Source of the DNA: Halomicronema hongdechloris C2206
GTDB taxonomy: Bacteria; Cyanobacteriota; Cyanobacteriia; Phormidesmidales; Phormidesmidaceae
Assembly (NCBI RefSeq): GCF_002075285.3
Contig: NZ_CP021983.2
Span: 2,850,001 to 2,882,000, forward strand
DNA: 32,000 nucleotides
Direction: 5' to 3'
The translations under genes and the position numbers were made by a program. The notes under the pieces are model-generated. The model was given only the letters and a program-made list of their open reading frames with translations. It was not told the origin of the DNA and did not search any database. Every line of letters starts with the position of its first letter. Position 1 is the first letter of the stretch. This document shows, piece after piece, positions 31,180-32,000 of the stretch.

Positions 31180-31486
31180 CTACACCGCTGGGATTTTGGC
31201 GACTTGTGCGGACTGCAGCGCTTCAGGAAATTGGCGACCGGGAATGGATTCGCCATCGTGTTGACGATAGAGTTCGACAAATTGAAGTAACGCCTCGGCA
31301 CTTTCAACAGTTGGCAAATCAGGCAAATTGGTGAATAAATAGGTCGGTCGATTGACGGCCTTGCTCAAAAGAACTGCTCCAGTTACGCATCCTTTCAAAG
31401 GCATCGGGCTGCTCGATCGTTTGGTTTTTGGCCGGGTCAGCGTCCCATAGTTCATCCCAGTCCTGCGCAGAAAGAATTAGCGGCAT
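31180..31486 (-). pseudogene. DUF1636-like gene, degenerate (Cys ligands lost, probable frameshift)
   Basis: The C-terminal part ...RPTYLFTNLPDLPTVESAEALLQFVELYRQHDGESIPGRQFPEALQSAQVAKIPAV* is clearly DUF1636-like. The N-terminal part lies in another frame (MPLILSAQDWDELW...), and both the CxxC and CxxxCxxxC motifs are missing. Confidence 0.55.
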
Positions 31487-31502
31487 AGCCTTGACCTCCC
31501 AT

Positions 31503-32000
31503 TTATCCTCGCCGTCGTCGTAAATACACCCCCGGGTTCACCCCAAACTTGCGCCGGAATGCGGCGGCAAAATGGCCGCGATTGGCAAAGCCGACGGCGT
31601 GAGCCGCCTGGGTCACGTTCATGTCTCCTGATTCCAGCAGTTGCCGTGATCGCTCCAGCCGCTGCTGGTGCAGGTAGCCGAAGACCGTGGTACCAAACAC
31701 CTGACGAAAGCCGACTTTGAGTTTGTGATCATTGATGCCAATGGCGCGGGCCAGTTCGATCAGAGAGGGCGGGTTTAACAATCGTCGATGCAGCAGGTTA
31801 CTGGCATAGTGAATGCGCTCCACATCGTCGGGGGTCAGGCGGTAGGCACTCTGGGGAGCATCGTTGCCGGACTGTAGCGTCTCAATCAGCAGCACCATCA
31901 ACTCCCAGACCTTACTTTCTAGATAAAGGCGCTGGGTCAGCCCTTGAAAGGGACAGTTCAAGATTTGCTGCACCGTCATTTGCATGGCTGCGGTGGGAGC
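31503..32000 (-). CDS. AraC family transcriptional regulator (PchR-like), copy 4; 5' end runs off the right edge
   Basis: ...APTAAMQMTVQQILNCPFQGLTQRLYLESKVWELMVLL...LIELARAIGINDHKLKVGFRQVFGTTVFGYLHQQRLERSRQLL...GHFAAAFRRKFGVNPGVYLRRRRG*. The frame stays open to position 32000. Confidence 0.9.
   Translation of the reverse strand, partial: APTAAMQMTVQQILNCPFQGLTQRLYLESKVWELMVLLIETLQSGNDAPQSAYRLTPDDVERIHYASNLLHRRLLNPPSLIELARAIGINDHKLKVGFRQVFGTTVFGYLHQQRLERSRQLLESGDMNVTQAAHAVGFANRGHFAAAFRRKFGVNPGVYLRRRRG

Overview
This window looks cyanobacterial: the HIP1 octamer GCGATCGC is scattered throughout, and the gene content includes Uma2, DUF29, DUF433/DUF5615 and a RAYT. It is a decaying, rearranged accessory island built from repeated iron-siderophore uptake cassettes, almost all on the minus strand. 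There are three complete pairs of a TonB-dependent receptor (with an N-terminal AMIN-type extension) and a FecB/FhuD-like periplasmic binding lipoprotein: 5068-7656 with 3882-4862, 13894-16392 with 12691-13686, and 24263-26890 with 23184-24206. Alongside them are four PchR-like AraC regulators: two intact, one cut by the right edge, and one split into two relics. The window also holds an exporter-fold ABC transporter cut by the left edge, an MFS transporter carrying an in-frame TAG, and relics of further receptors, binding proteins and an NRPS/PKS thioesterase. The seams between cassettes hold six Uma2 (DUF820) nuclease genes (two decayed), three toxin-antitoxin-like pairs (DUF433/DUF5615, VapBC, MNT/HEPN), a DUF29 gene, and a mobile-element cluster. 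That cluster contains an ISAs1-family IS inserted into a REP hairpin, a RAYT flanked by inverted REPs, and a frameshifted IS5-family IS. Four signals seem most worth follow-up. (1) A 22-bp-phased direct repeat CGGA(G/A)TTTTTG sits upstream of every receptor-type gene and is a candidate AraC operator. (2) Fur-box-geometry 7-5-7 palindromes sit upstream of the AraC genes. (3) Small Cys/His metal-cluster proteins are embedded in the uptake operons (a sucrase-ferredoxin-like protein with C-X8-C...H-X3-H, and three DUF1636 copies) and may be unrecognised reductive iron-release components. (4) A G-rich structured repeat occurs both intergenically and in frame inside a receptor gene. All family calls rest on my recognition of translated motifs; I ran no database search.
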